Below, piece after piece: positions 38,491-50,099 of a stretch of DNA of 51,802 nucleotides (positions within the stretch are counted from its first letter, which is position 1; each line of letters begins with the position of its first letter). Position numbers and translations under genes: made by a program. The notes beneath the pieces are model-generated. The model was not told the origin of the DNA and made no database searches. It saw only the letters and a list, made by a program, of their open reading frames with translations. This stretch comes from Asterionella formosa. Lineage: Eukaryota. The stretch covers positions 1 through 51,802 of the forward strand of contig NKIB01013769.1 in assembly GCA_002256025.1 (NCBI GenBank). The letters are read 5' to 3'.

Positions 38491-39165
38491 TTTGCAGCCA
38501 CGCAGTTACACACTCCGAGGTCCGTTTTTTCCCAAAATAATTTTATGATGTACCTTAATAATCCACACATTACGTAAAACTAAATAAAATAGTTAAGGTA
38601 AAATTAGCTTTCACCAATGCGACCACTTTGCATTTGCTTAGATACAGTCATTGGTCGACTTAGGGGTATGTTCTATCTTCGGATATGGCAAGGACCTCAT
38701 TTCTGGAGCGAAACTGCAGTTATCCCTCTTGGAATCGTAACTATCCAAAAAATAGTCAAAAAAGGGGGCTGCAAAACAAGCTTTTTAAAAATCTACAAGG
38801 GATAACTGCAGTTTCTCTCCAGAAGTTAACTCCTGACGTTATGGGGTACATGGCTATCTATTTTAATCTTCATGAAACCCTGCAGATGTAGAGCAATCCT
38901 CCTCCGAAAAGTCGACCTGATCGGCTTTTTCAACAGTCACCAAAATATTGGAATCGGCATTTGTTGTGCAAAAACGTTCTCGTAGACTTAGAGTCTTGCA
39001 AAGGTATGTTTTGCTGCATAATTCTCAGTCCGAAAAGACTCCAGGGTAAGTTGCCACATAGACACATATTCTGATTGACTGAATTGAATTTACTCACCTG
39101 CTCCAGATGATTGGATGAAGTATTCCGGTCTTGTAATATAACGCCAGCCAAACATGAACCACATG
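38491..39165 (-). mobile_element. Subfamily B copy 2 (B2) of the TTAA element family, truncated
   Basis: Collinear and largely near-identical with 32394-33060; terminal GG missing. Confidence 0.85.
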
Positions 39166-39182
39166 TGCATATTAGATGTAAT

Positions 39183-40267
39183 TGTTGAGGGGAACCTTAT
39201 CGTCAATAAGGTGAGCTACAATATTATGACTATTCTATTGCTGTTTTAAGTGCATTGTTATTAGCACTTATGCATGTATCTAATCTGGTGGTTACGCAAG
39301 TATGGTTTGTATGTCACATGTACAGAATACTATACGCAGATATTAACACACCCTCACCAGCAGATTCAGGAAAAATAGTGGGAGGAGAAAGGGGAGCAGC
39401 AGCAGATTCCAAGCAAGCATAGTAGTCAGAGAGACCAGGGAAGGGAAGGAGAACAATGGAGATAGCAAGGGCGCAGCAAAGTATGATGGGAACAAGCAAG
39501 CGGGATGATGGTTAGTCAAATAATTGGCAAGATTCAAACTACCCTTTTTCCAGTAAACAAGAATTTGGCCCTGTCAAACCCAGTTGCGGACCCAATAGAA
39601 ATGCATATCTGTAGCCTTGGAACGCTTTTGGCGGACTGTGTCATTAGCAATACCGCTGGCAGTGCCATTATCGGTGACAGTGGGGGTAGAAGGTTGAGGA
39701 TGACCGAGTTCAGCCAGGATGTTTCGAATAGCATAAGCCTCACTGCCATTGTGAAACAGGGCTGCCAGTTTGGCCTCGGCAGCACTAATAACTTCCTGCA
39801 CACGTTTTTATCAAGGAGGTCGAGGACAGGCGTGACATCGGGAACAACAAATATCTGGCACACACCATGTTGTGGTGCAGTCCATGCATGGGGGGTATGT
39901 TGTGGGGCGGCATGTGGGTGTTGAGTGGTCGAACCATTGCAATGTACAAGCTATGTAGCCAGGCATAGTGAGGTCAACAGTGTGGTTTTAGTAATCCCAA
40001 ACCAGCATAAGACCAATGGAACTGGAGCTGTTCCAACCAGTAGTGAGGCGGTATTTGGTGCGTAATGTGGTGAGGAGATGTTCCACATCACTGCATTGGG
40101 TGTACCGCACACCGAAGTCATCGACAATTAGAGTGAACATGAGATTGCTGGTGGTATCTTTCCAGAGAAAGTAGTGGTGACGGGGCAGGAGAGGTAATTA
40201 TGCGGGAGCAAAAACTGTGCAAGTTGGTCATTGGCAAGTTTACCAGCCTGAGGCAGGCCATACATGC
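39183..40267 (-). mobile_element. Ty1/Copia 3' fragment: RT, RNase H, PPT and a 166-bp LTR (39183-39348)
   Basis: MYGLPQAGKLANDQL (RT); SAAEAKLAALFHN...TDNGTASGIAN...KRSKATDMHFYWVR and NLANYLTNHH (RNase H); GAGGGTG then TGTTAA...TCAACA LTR termini. Confidence 0.9.
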
Positions 40268-40445
40268 TGCGGCGTATTTCGAAAGAATACATTTTTTGCA
40301 TAAAAGTGTCGGAAAATGCATAAACCGTCAGTCAGGGGAGTTCGTGATCATTTCCGCAATGCGAAGTTTTTATTCGCATAAAGAACAAGCAGTCTATTGT
40401 TGAATGGCTTAAAGTATGTCTATAGTAAGCTGTCAAATGACCTTA

Positions 40446-40920
40446 TCAAGATTCCATAGAAGTATGAACCATGACAATTAGTGTGTACATGAAAGTCACT
40501 ACGAAATTGACGTAGAGGAATTTGTGGCATCTTGAAATGTTGTACCCTCTCCGAGAATACCGTTTTCTCATCTATTTCTACAAAACATAGAAAACCTTAT
40601 CTAGTCAAAGTTATCAAGCTAATCAACGCGGTGTCAAAACTGTCGCTACTTTGGTCATATCTTCAAAACTCAGCAAATGAAGACCAGAAACAACTTCCAG
40701 CGCCAATTTAAAATTTTAGTTGTCAATACTAGTGCAAAAAATGTTATTATTCAACGATAATCTCGTCTATGTTAGTGTACATACACCGGCGAAATAAGAA
40801 TTGGTCATTGTCAATATTCGTGAAGATATTCAACTCCATAATTTCGTCATGGTCAAGATGGAGTTGCTGTCTCATCAACCACATACCACAGGCAGCTTTA
40901 CAAACACACATGCAAGTACT
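40446..40920. repeat. Dispersed repeat C, copy 2 (direct repeat of 45985-46458)
   Basis: Almost base-for-base identical to copy 3 over ~470 bp. Confidence 0.95.
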
Positions 40921-41171
40921 GGTAATACATACCCAGTAGTATGTATGCCAAGCATACCGGTATATAATATGCATCACTATATACATGTGTTGTACCAGCA
41001 GTTGGAATTCACATGTAATCCTGTAGGGCTGTCATTACTAGCTACTTGGCAATAAAAGTCCAAATCATACATCATATCGGCATTATATTTGGAATTGTCG
41101 TGTGTATCTATGAATTACTTTTTGTCAAAAGTCGCTCCACAAAAACGAAATGTCTAGTTCTTCCATCTCAT

Positions 41172-42641
41172 CTCACAATTCATCCTCCTCCTCTGAGGAG
41201 GATGATACTAGCATCTTGCAGAGTTCAGGAGATAGTTCGTCAGATGATAGTGCTTCCTCTTCTGAAAAAAAGGGGTAGATCCCATTAACTTTTCGATTCT
41301 GCCATTGTCACCTGCAGGCGACACTCCAGCACGCACTGATAATTTTCCTCTTCCCCTTGGCGACACTCCTTGGTGCTGGAAACCTGACTCACCAGACTTT
41401 GTCATACAGACGATAACTGATTATACTTTAGCTTGTCGCAAGGCTTTCACGAAGATTTGGCCAAATGCCGAATTTACATTTGGTATGTGCTCTTAGCTAT
41501 CATGCCTGGAATGCATGGGTAAAGAAGCATAGAGGAAAGTTCAAGAAATACGACAAAAAAAGAGGAGAATGGGTGAAGACTTACGCCAAGTTGGTTGTAA
41601 TAACTGGAAAAACGCCGTTTCCTTCTTGTGTCAGTCTGTAAGATGCATCAGCAGCAAAGAAGATTGGATTGCCCCAGAATTGCTGTCTGTACGCATTCAG
41701 CAACAAATTCTCGGTTGTTAGTACAGCTGCCAAAGAGTCGTCTTCTGGTTGACAGTCTATGCCAAGTAGGTACATCGAATGTTGCGTGAAATTAAAGATA
41801 TTTTCCTTCTTATACAATTCAAGGACAGCAGCGATTCCTCCCCAGTTATTGCCTTGACCATTCTTTATTAGCCCAAACGATTTATTGCCTAAGCAAGTGA
41901 GTTGTCGTTTCATGCACTTCTTCAATTTTTCATCTACAGGAATTCGTTTTGCCCTAGCCTCAGCAATGTAACGTGCTGCTTCATGTTCAATTTATTCGGG
42001 GAAGTAATCAACACAGACTGATAGTCTTTGTGAATACGTTTTCTTATGCCATCTTTGACAACATTATGTTGTGTGTGTTTTAAGTCACCAATCTCAATTG
42101 TGGTCAAATTTGTTTTGGTATTGAATAATTCTCGAATTACAAAGGTACATTTACAGGAATGGAAAAATGTGCATCTTTTCTTTGTAACTCTAATGCCATC
42201 AGCTCTAAGGTATGGACGATCTTTTGATAACCACATGAGACTCCCGCCACCTCCAAAATTCCGTTTTCCCAAATCGCAAATGATTTCTTCAACCTCCCCA
42301 ATCTTGACATCCGCAGCAAAATAATTATTCACCTACACCTCGACTTTTGTTTCATTTGGTGGATTGACGAAAACACCGTCATCAAGTGCTAAAAGAACCT
42401 CGCTTTCCAAGATACCAGGCTCTTCTGTGACAGTTCCCATTCCACCTTCCTCGTTATCCTCTTCAAATTTATGCTGTTTTTCGATACCAGAATTGTCAGT
42501 ACTATCACTGTCGCTATGACTGTGACTGTGATTGTGACTGTCATCTTCGTCAGCCACTTCTTCGCTTTCGTCTGAGATATCTTCCATCCCAGTGGTTTTC
42601 AAACCACCGGGTCGGGATGTAAACAAGTTTCGTCTCAACAT
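41172..42641 (-). mobile_element. Mutator/MULE-like transposase pseudogene with deletions and an internal inversion
   Basis: Minus: acidic N-terminus, CTFFHSCKC...HTQH zinc finger, FFAADASYRLTQEGNGVFPVITTN (first D), acidic C-terminus. Plus strand 41400-41580: ITDYTLACRKAFTKIWPNA...C..YHAW (second D and CxxH). Confidence 0.75.
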
Positions 42642-42893
42642 GGAGGAGCGAGCCTCTATAATTTAAGTTAATATAGGTATATCAATGTGGGTACCGGTAC
42701 ATCGCTAGTAAAATAATTCATTACGGTAACACGCCTTCCTTTTTTTTGCTTTTGTTTTATGTCGTTGCATGTGTAGAAAATGCTCTGTAGTATTTCCACG
42801 TAATTAACCCACAACGATCAAATCGAAACGTGGGTACCGGTATCGAAACCCGTAACGGGACATCCTTTGTGCTGTTCGAACTTAACTACAGTC

Positions 42894-43496
42894 ATGGCGG
42901 CTGATGGAGTGCCCTTGTACGAAAACGAACGTCATAGACCGGTGTCGTTGTTCAAGTTGTTCAAATCGTTTTTACGCACCGGTACTGCGTAAAAACGGCA
43001 TGCGCTCAAATTTTTGGCTATTTTGAGCGGCGTTGCGGCGAAACTTGATGTACCAAAGAATGCAATTGATGTTGTCAGCGCCAAATCTATCGTAGAGGCT
43101 GTCAAGGTCAATGCTGAATTGACAAGAGTTGGTTTCGGTTTTAATTCTATTGGTCTTGATGGCGCAGAGGCCATCAACAGAGGTCTTCAAGGTCGACACT
43201 GTCGTGACTACGCTTGATCTCAATGCCAATTCAATTGGTGATGATGAAGCGAAGGCCATTACCTTATCGAGGTCAATATCAACACAGGCCTCAAGGCCGA
43301 TACTTTCATGACTACACTTGATCTCAATACCAATTCAATTGGTATTGATGGTGTGAAGGCCATTACCCCGCCCCTCATGATCAATACTGGATTGACTGAC
43401 TTCGTTTTATTTCTGAGGCAATTAAATTCACGTCAATGCCAATTGAATTGTAGATGCTCTCAAGAAGGTCAATCCTCGCCTGTCTTAACATCTTGA
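42894..43496 (+). pseudogene. Ribonuclease-inhibitor/NLRC3-type leucine-rich repeat fragment
   Basis: Repeats of TTLDLNxNSIGDDxAKAI across three frames (NAIDVVSAKSI, NSIGLDGAEAI, NSIGDDEAKAI, NSIGIDGVKAI). Confidence 0.8.
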
Positions 43497-43584
43497 AAAT
43501 GTTTATACCAATTGTAGTGCAACTGGTATTGATTTACTAATTGAATAACTTACTTTTAACTAATAATTCTTATTAAATATAAAT

Positions 43585-44943
43585 TTACCATCCTTTTCCA
43601 TAAGAATCAAGCAAAAATGATACTAGAGATAGAGGGATACGATTCTTTCCATAAGCCTTTGTGTTAATGGCATTCCCAGCTCGTTTCCTGATCGCAACTG
43701 AGTTTTTCTGGGGAGTGGAACCAGGCGACAAGTACATATGAAGTCTCAAATCTCCATTGGTGAGGTGTTTGTACATAGCACCTGCATGAACTGTATCACC
43801 CCGCATTAAAGATATGTACTTGAAAGGAATGCAAAGTAACATCGCATGTTGATTCTCTGCTGCTTTACCTTTTCGATCTAAGTCAAAGTTCCAGTCGAAT
43901 GACTTTCCATCCCAGACATTTATGGAGAACCCACCAGAACCGAGGGACATATCCAATCCGCAAGGAAGGCACATGTCAACATCATTGATTTCCAGCTCTG
44001 TATGCTGGTAGTCAAAATGTGGCTCTTGACAAACCATTGACAAGTTGACATTAGTGTGCAATAATGTACAGGTATGTGGCATACCTTTGCTGACATTGGT
44101 TGCGTTACCTGCTACAAATGGGGGCTGCGTAACAGAACCGGGAATGACCATTGATAACATTTTCCAAAAGTGGTTCACATTGTCATGTGATGTGGGGTCC
44201 GAGATCTTCATTTTGTCAGTGAATGGGCCATAGGCAACGAACGACATTGCCCCGCCTGTCATCTGCCGGAAGCATTTGGCAAGGATCCTCTTTGTCCGGA
44301 AAGAAGCCCTGAAAAGCGACCATGTCGCCTGAGGATCTGTACCGACTTGACCCATAGTAATCTGCTGTTGGCCGATGTACAGGAAAGGACAGTTTTTGGT
44401 CGAAAAAAGGTGTCTGGCAGAAAGGACAAGTTCAACACAAATACCTTATCAGGTGGAACACCAGAAATCTGGAGCATTGTATCATCTTCCATGATATAAG
44501 ACACAGCTTTCATGGCTTCAGCAAATTTTTTAAGAAAGAAGCGGAGATCATCAATGCGGCGACGTTTGAATGAGGGCCAGGAATTGTCTTTGAAGAACTT
44601 CATAGCCGCTTCACATTTGCGAGGTGTAATGACAAGTACATGCCATCCCACCTTCTTTCCGCCCTTTTTTTTTGATAACTGATAACGACCTGATTTTCTC
44701 CACTCTTTCCAACATGATGGGAAGTAGTTTATCCACATCCAACGCCACATTCTTGTTGGCTCCAAGGTGACCTTGTAGGAAAAAGCGAAGTAACTTACGG
44801 TCCGAGTTCTCCTTATTTTTATCTAGCAACACTCCATGTTTCCACTTCATGACAAAACAATTGGCGTTTCCACGAAGTGGGACTGGAACAATTGAGATGT
44901 CTTTCCCAAGTCGGGTGGCAGTTAAGCTTTTTGAGACGACCAT
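43585..44943 (-). pseudogene. 2OG-Fe(II) dioxygenase-like (PhyH-type DSBH) gene, two apparent frameshifts
   Basis: QEPHFD (HxD, 44019-44011) ... MRGDTVHAG (distal His, 43788-43786) ... RLHMYL. ORFs 44611-45057, 44259-44765 and 43585-44355 overlap; one shift lies at a T run near 44665. Confidence 0.6.
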
Positions 44944-45443
44944 TGTCGGTTTTTGGAAAAAAATGTTGTATGAATATGTTGTCTGTGGGTGAGCAGCAAC
45001 ATGGAATACCATCACTATTACCGGCGGTTCTGCACAGCTGGCCACACTGGTATACACGAATCAAGAAGCAGTTGCATTCTACACAATTGCGACATAAAAC
45101 AATAGTAAAATTTTTATTGTGGCCATAAATAGTCATTACAAGGAACACACATACCGGTATACCCAGTTACCAGTAATATTATATGTATATGATAACGTAA
45201 GTAACAGGACAATGGGTATTTACTAACTCTGGCTGAGTGCGGCTAGAGTTAGATGTTCTTTATCAGGGTGAGTAGAATGTATTGAAAAATACATTACCTG
45301 CACCAATATAATATAATATTTTGATAACAACATTATTTATTGACTGCAGAGAAAGAGGTATTCAATTCCATAGTAGTGGTACTAATAATTGTTACTGCTA
45401 TTCTGCTCGTCTGAAGCAAGCGTTGCGGCTAATGCGCGATCGC

Positions 45444-45866
45444 TTACTTTTGTACTGTACAATCAAGTTGTGCGGCATACAGACGATCACGAAAATAATC
45501 GAGAAGAATGGGCGACTCGTGATTTAGACCACGAGCAACAAACTGTGCGGCAATCTGATCAATCTTGATCTTAATCCAGACTTCATCCTTCAAAACGGAT
45601 TTGAAGTATTCAGGTAAAGGAGAAGTATTGTCCCAAGGAACAATTTTCTTGATTTCGGAAGGCTTCCAGGCATGGTCGAGAACTGATTTATTGGAGACCC
45701 TGTTGTACACTTTGACCAATGCTTTGGCCTTTGTGTAGCATACAAACTGGCCAATGTTGCCAGCATAATTACCCTTCAATACGGAAACTAATCACTCGTC
45801 TCCAGAGAAAGGTCTTCATCTTCGTTCCGATCAGACAACAGGTTGGGGGTTCGGGAGACACTCATG
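45444..45866 (-). pseudogene. Small disrupted ORF with a KOW-like motif
   Basis: LVSVLKGNYAGNIGQFVCYTKAKALVKV resembles the KOW pattern VxVxxGxYxGxxG; in-frame stop just upstream. Confidence 0.3.
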
Positions 45867-45946
45867 ATTATCATGTACTCTACTACCGGTATATAGCAGT
45901 ATTTGTGTATACGATAAACTATTGCATTATGTACCATGTTAACATA

Positions 45947-46915
45947 GTAGATATCGCATTTATGACTATATTTAACCCCCTACTCAAGATTCCATAGAAG
46001 TATGAACCATGACAATTAGTGTGTACATGAAAGTCACTACGAAATTGACGTAGAGGAATTTGTGGCATCTTGAAATGTTGTACCCTCTCCGAGAATACCG
46101 TTTTCTCATCTATTTCTACAAAACATAGAAAACCTTATCTAGTCAAAGTTATCAAGCTAATCAACGCGGTGTCAAAACTGTCGCTACTTTGGTCATATCT
46201 TCAAAACTCAGCAAATGAAGACCAGAAACAACTTCCAGCGCCAATTTAAAATTTTAGTTGTCAATACTAGTGCAAAAAATGTTATTATTCAACGATAATC
46301 TCGTCTATGTTAGTGTACATACACCTGCGAAATAAGAATTGGTCATTGTCAATATTCGTGAAGATATTCAACTCCATAATTTCGTCATGGTCAAGATGGA
46401 GTTGCTGTCTCATCAACCACATACCACAGGCAGCTGTACAAACACACATTCAAGTACTGCCTGATGGTATCTGGTACCCAGTATTATGCATGCCAAGCAT
46501 ATATAATATTTAACGCTATACATACAGAATGTACAAAGTATATACGAGGTTTGTTGTATGTTTGATGTGTTCCATGTCGAAAAGCTAAGTGCATCTGATA
46601 CATTGATGTCGAGGCATGTCGATAACTTCTTAGAATAGGATACATTTTTATGCATCTGATTTTGTGTCGATTTGGACATCCAGTGCATATTATCGATGAT
46701 AATGCAAAAATTGCAAATAATTCTCGATATTCCATTAGTAAACAAAAATAGTTATTTAATATTTAGTTAGGAAAATATCCTATCATTGATAGTAATTATT
46801 CTTGATTTGCTACATATATAGTCAAAAAAATCACGAATTCAAAAAAAGAGCCATTGTGCATTTAGAAACACTTTTTTGCAAGGATGGTATTTTCGCACAT
46901 ATAATATTTTAATAT
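45947..46915. repeat. Dispersed repeat C, copy 3, plus terminal segment shared with 33500-33590 and (inverted) 40290-40350
   Basis: TTGCTACATATATAGTC.AAAAAA...TGCATTT..(A/G)ACACTTTT.TGCAA at 46807-46880 and 33506-33588. Confidence 0.8.
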
Positions 46916-48307
46916 GCATACTAGTCGAAAAAGGAATTTATGGCAATAATTACTATACATAAAAGATATCATACTATTGAAATTATATGATAGTATCATG
47001 ATGGCATCACACAAATAGGATGTTTTCTAGTACTTTCAGACGTTGAGAGTACATCAACAGTAATAATTCTAATCTGACTCTTTTTGAATTTGAATTGAAG
47101 TATCCAACTAGAAGAAATAGTATTTTTTTAAATATATGAGCCTATTAGTTGATTTGTATATCTAGATAAACAGATGAAGGTACTAGTAAATTCTTGGAAT
47201 GCTTCATCGTCTAGTATAGATATATATTGAGTTCCGATGAATGGAATGTAGCCCTATCCATATTGTGCTCGATATAGCGATGCAGGATTGCTCACCTAGA
47301 GTTAAAATAATTACTTAGTGAGTAGTATGAGTACGGAGTACAATTTACGAGATAATATTCTGTTGAGAATCTTAGTAGTTTCAGTTGTGAGTTTTCTAAA
47401 AGAGTGAGCTTAAACTAAATATAATTTAGAAATGTAGTTTCGATTGAAACATGGAAACTCCTACATGTTTCTGAAATGAATTTTTCTTTGTTCCTTGGAG
47501 GCGAGGTTATTCATAGTTCCTACTGCTGTAGCAAAGTAGATTTCATCCTCTTCCTGCTTGTAACATATGTATCCATCTAGTCTAGCTAGATAGATTCTAG
47601 GACATAGATGTTCCTTTACTGAGATACTTCTTTCAGGTATCTCCACTATAATGAACGGATTGTTCCTCAATCATTTAATAGGATGATTCGATTGTTCCTC
47701 AATCCTTTGGACAGAACTGATTTGTCTCTCCAATCATTCTTTGTTAAGGGTTTACTAAACTTGTTTGGTAAACATAGGGAAAAACTTGATAGAATTCGCC
47801 CTTCAACATTGTTCTTTATCAAATGTCCGAAGGTTATTAATCTTGGTACCTAGTTGTGCATTGTTCCATCAAACGCAATGACTAGTAGGGAAATGTTGTC
47901 TTCACACAAAAGTGGAGTGCTAACTGGGAATCAGGAATCAAGAATTGTTCAGTGTTTCAACTCCTGGTACCGAGGGTACCCACCTACCGGTACTGTAACT
48001 AGAAAGTACCACTCCCATCATTCTGTATTCTTAGCTAATTACCTTGTAGGCAGAGCAAGTGTTCCTCCCAATTCTTCCTTTTCTACATCAATCTTTTGGC
48101 TTCGCCTCGATTTTGGAACCAGGTACAAGGGACCGTATTACCGGTACCAGGTAGCTGCCCTCCTGACCCAGCGCTGGTTGTGAGCGATAAACTCTATTTT
48201 ATGCTGATAAATGCGTCTGATGTCCCCAAGCAAGCAGAACGACATACGGTACCTTTCCAATTTCTGCTCACTCAGCAAGTTCTCCTTGACAAAACCACTA
48301 TACTACC

Positions 48308-49651
48308 ATGGGAAACATGCCCGGTGGCCTGGGGGAGGGAGGACCTCCCTCATCGAATAACAACGACAAAGACGCCGACAAGGACAAGAAAAAGAAGAAG
48401 CGGTTTGAACCCCGACCTTCCACACGGTCAGGACGTCGTCGTCGCCGCAAGGGGCCTTCTGGTTTGAGCAAGACTCCTACTATTACGCCTAGCGCCAAGT
48501 GCAAGCTTCGGCTGCTGAAGATGGATCGTGTCAAGGATTTTCTTCTCATGGAACAGGAATTCATTCGCAATCACGAAGTCTTCAAACCCCATGAGGAGCG
48601 CGACCAGGAAGAACGCGAGAAACTGGAGGAACTCAGAGGATCTCCTCTCGGCGTGGGAAGTCTCGAAGAGCTAATTGATGACAACCACGCCATTGTATCC
48701 AGTAGTGTCGGTCCTGAGTACTATGTCAACATCTTGAGCTCTGTCAATCAAGATCTATTAGAGCCTGGTTGTGCCGTCTTATTGCACAACAAAACTATGA
48801 GTATTGTCGGTGTCCTTCAAGACGATGCAGACCCCATGGTGAGCGTCATGAAAGTAGAGAAGGCGCCTCTCGAATCATACGCCGACATTGGGGGCTTGGA
48901 AGCTCAGATTCAAGAAATCAAGGAAGCCGTTGAACTCCCTTTAGCTCACCCGGAACTCTACGAAGACATCGGAATCAAGCCACCCAAGGGTGTGATTTTA
49001 TACGGTGAGCCTGGAACAGGAAAGACGCTACTAGCCAAGGCAGTAGCGAATCAAACCTCGGCCACATTTCTGCGCGTCGTGGGATCCGAGCTCATTCAAA
49101 AATACTTGGGAGATGGCCCAAAGTTAGTCAGGGAACTATTTCGTGTGGCCGATGACCTCTCGCCGACGATTGTCTTTATTGATGAGATTGACGCTGTCGG
49201 TAGCAAGAGATACGACTCCTCATCTGGTGGGACCCGCGAAATTCAACGTACCATGCTGGAATTACTCAATCAACTTGACGGTTTCGACGAACGTGGGGAT
49301 GTCAAGGTAATCATGGCCACCAACAAGATCGAATCTCTTGATCCTGCCTTGATTCGACCGGGACGAATTGACCGCAAAATTGAATTTCCCCTCCCTGATA
49401 CCAAGACGAAACGACATATTTTTAACATTCATACTCAGCGCATGACACTTGCGGAAGATGTCGATTTGGAGGTTTTCGTCATGGCCAAGGATGAATTGAG
49501 CGGAGCAGACATTAAGGCTGTGTGTACTGAAGCAGGTATGTTGGCTTTGAGAGAACGACGTATGAAAGTTTGTCAAGAGGACTTTATCAAGGCGAAGGAG
49601 AAGGCTCTGTATAGGAAAAAGGGCAATGTTCCTGAAGGACTGTATTTGTAG
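48308..49651 (+). CDS. RPT2: 26S proteasome regulatory AAA-ATPase subunit 4 (Rpt2/PSMC1), intronless
   Basis: MG N-terminus, LEELRGSP, Walker A GEPGTGKT, Walker [19 protein letters not shown]-terminal EGLYL (HbYX). Confidence 0.98.
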   Translation: MGNMPGGLGEGGPPSSNNNDKDADKDKKKKKRFEPRPSTRSGRRRRRKGPSGLSKTPTITPSAKCKLRLLKMDRVKDFLLMEQEFIRNHEVFKPHEERDQEEREKLEELRGSPLGVGSLEELIDDNHAIVSSSVGPEYYVNILSSVNQDLLEPGCAVLLHNKTMSIVGVLQDDADPMVSVMKVEKAPLESYADIGGLEAQIQEIKEAVELPLAHPELYEDIGIKPPKGVILYGEPGTGKTLLAKAVANQTSATFLRVVGSELIQKYLGDGPKLVRELFRVADDLSPTIVFIDEIDAVGSKRYDSSSGGTREIQRTMLELLNQLDGFDERGDVKVIMATNKIESLDPALIRPGRIDRKIEFPLPDTKTKRHIFNIHTQRMTLAEDVDLEVFVMAKDELSGADIKAVCTEAGMLALRERRMKVCQEDFIKAKEKALYRKKGNVPEGLYL

Positions 49652-50099
49652 TCCAATCGTCTTGAAATACATACTTTAGATTGCCTCATGATGCTTGACT
49701 GCTAAGTAATTACAAATAATGGGTGCCTTGGAGGGCTTGGTCAATGCTTTTGAAGGGTGAAATTTGGAAAAGCAATGCAAGAGTACTTAATTTATCATGA
49801 ATGGTGTGGAAATCACTAACGCAATCGATTGTATTGCTCATCTGTTCCGTCAATGATAGGATATTGATTAACCAACCAATTTTTCCAAAAATGTACTCCA
49901 GTATAGCTACCAAGTCTACCGGGTAATAAGCTATTATTATCAAATGCGACACTGTAAGGCTGGCAGGTTTGATGGGTCGTTGTGCTAGAACCACGACAGA
50001 GGGAGCCCTAAATCATCGTGATTTGAACTTCTGTACTATCCCACCGTGATTTTCAAACGGGTTCCCTTCGTGCTTCCATTTGCTGCGATGAAAGAAAAG

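Noticed and set aside
40446..46458. LTR retrotransposon reading of the ~470-bp direct repeats
   Set aside because: No TG..CA ends, PBS, PPT or gag/pol inside; a third copy sits in an unrelated context.
47461..47670. Short ORF in an AT-rich tract upstream of RPT2
   Set aside because: No recognisable motif or convincing exon chain.
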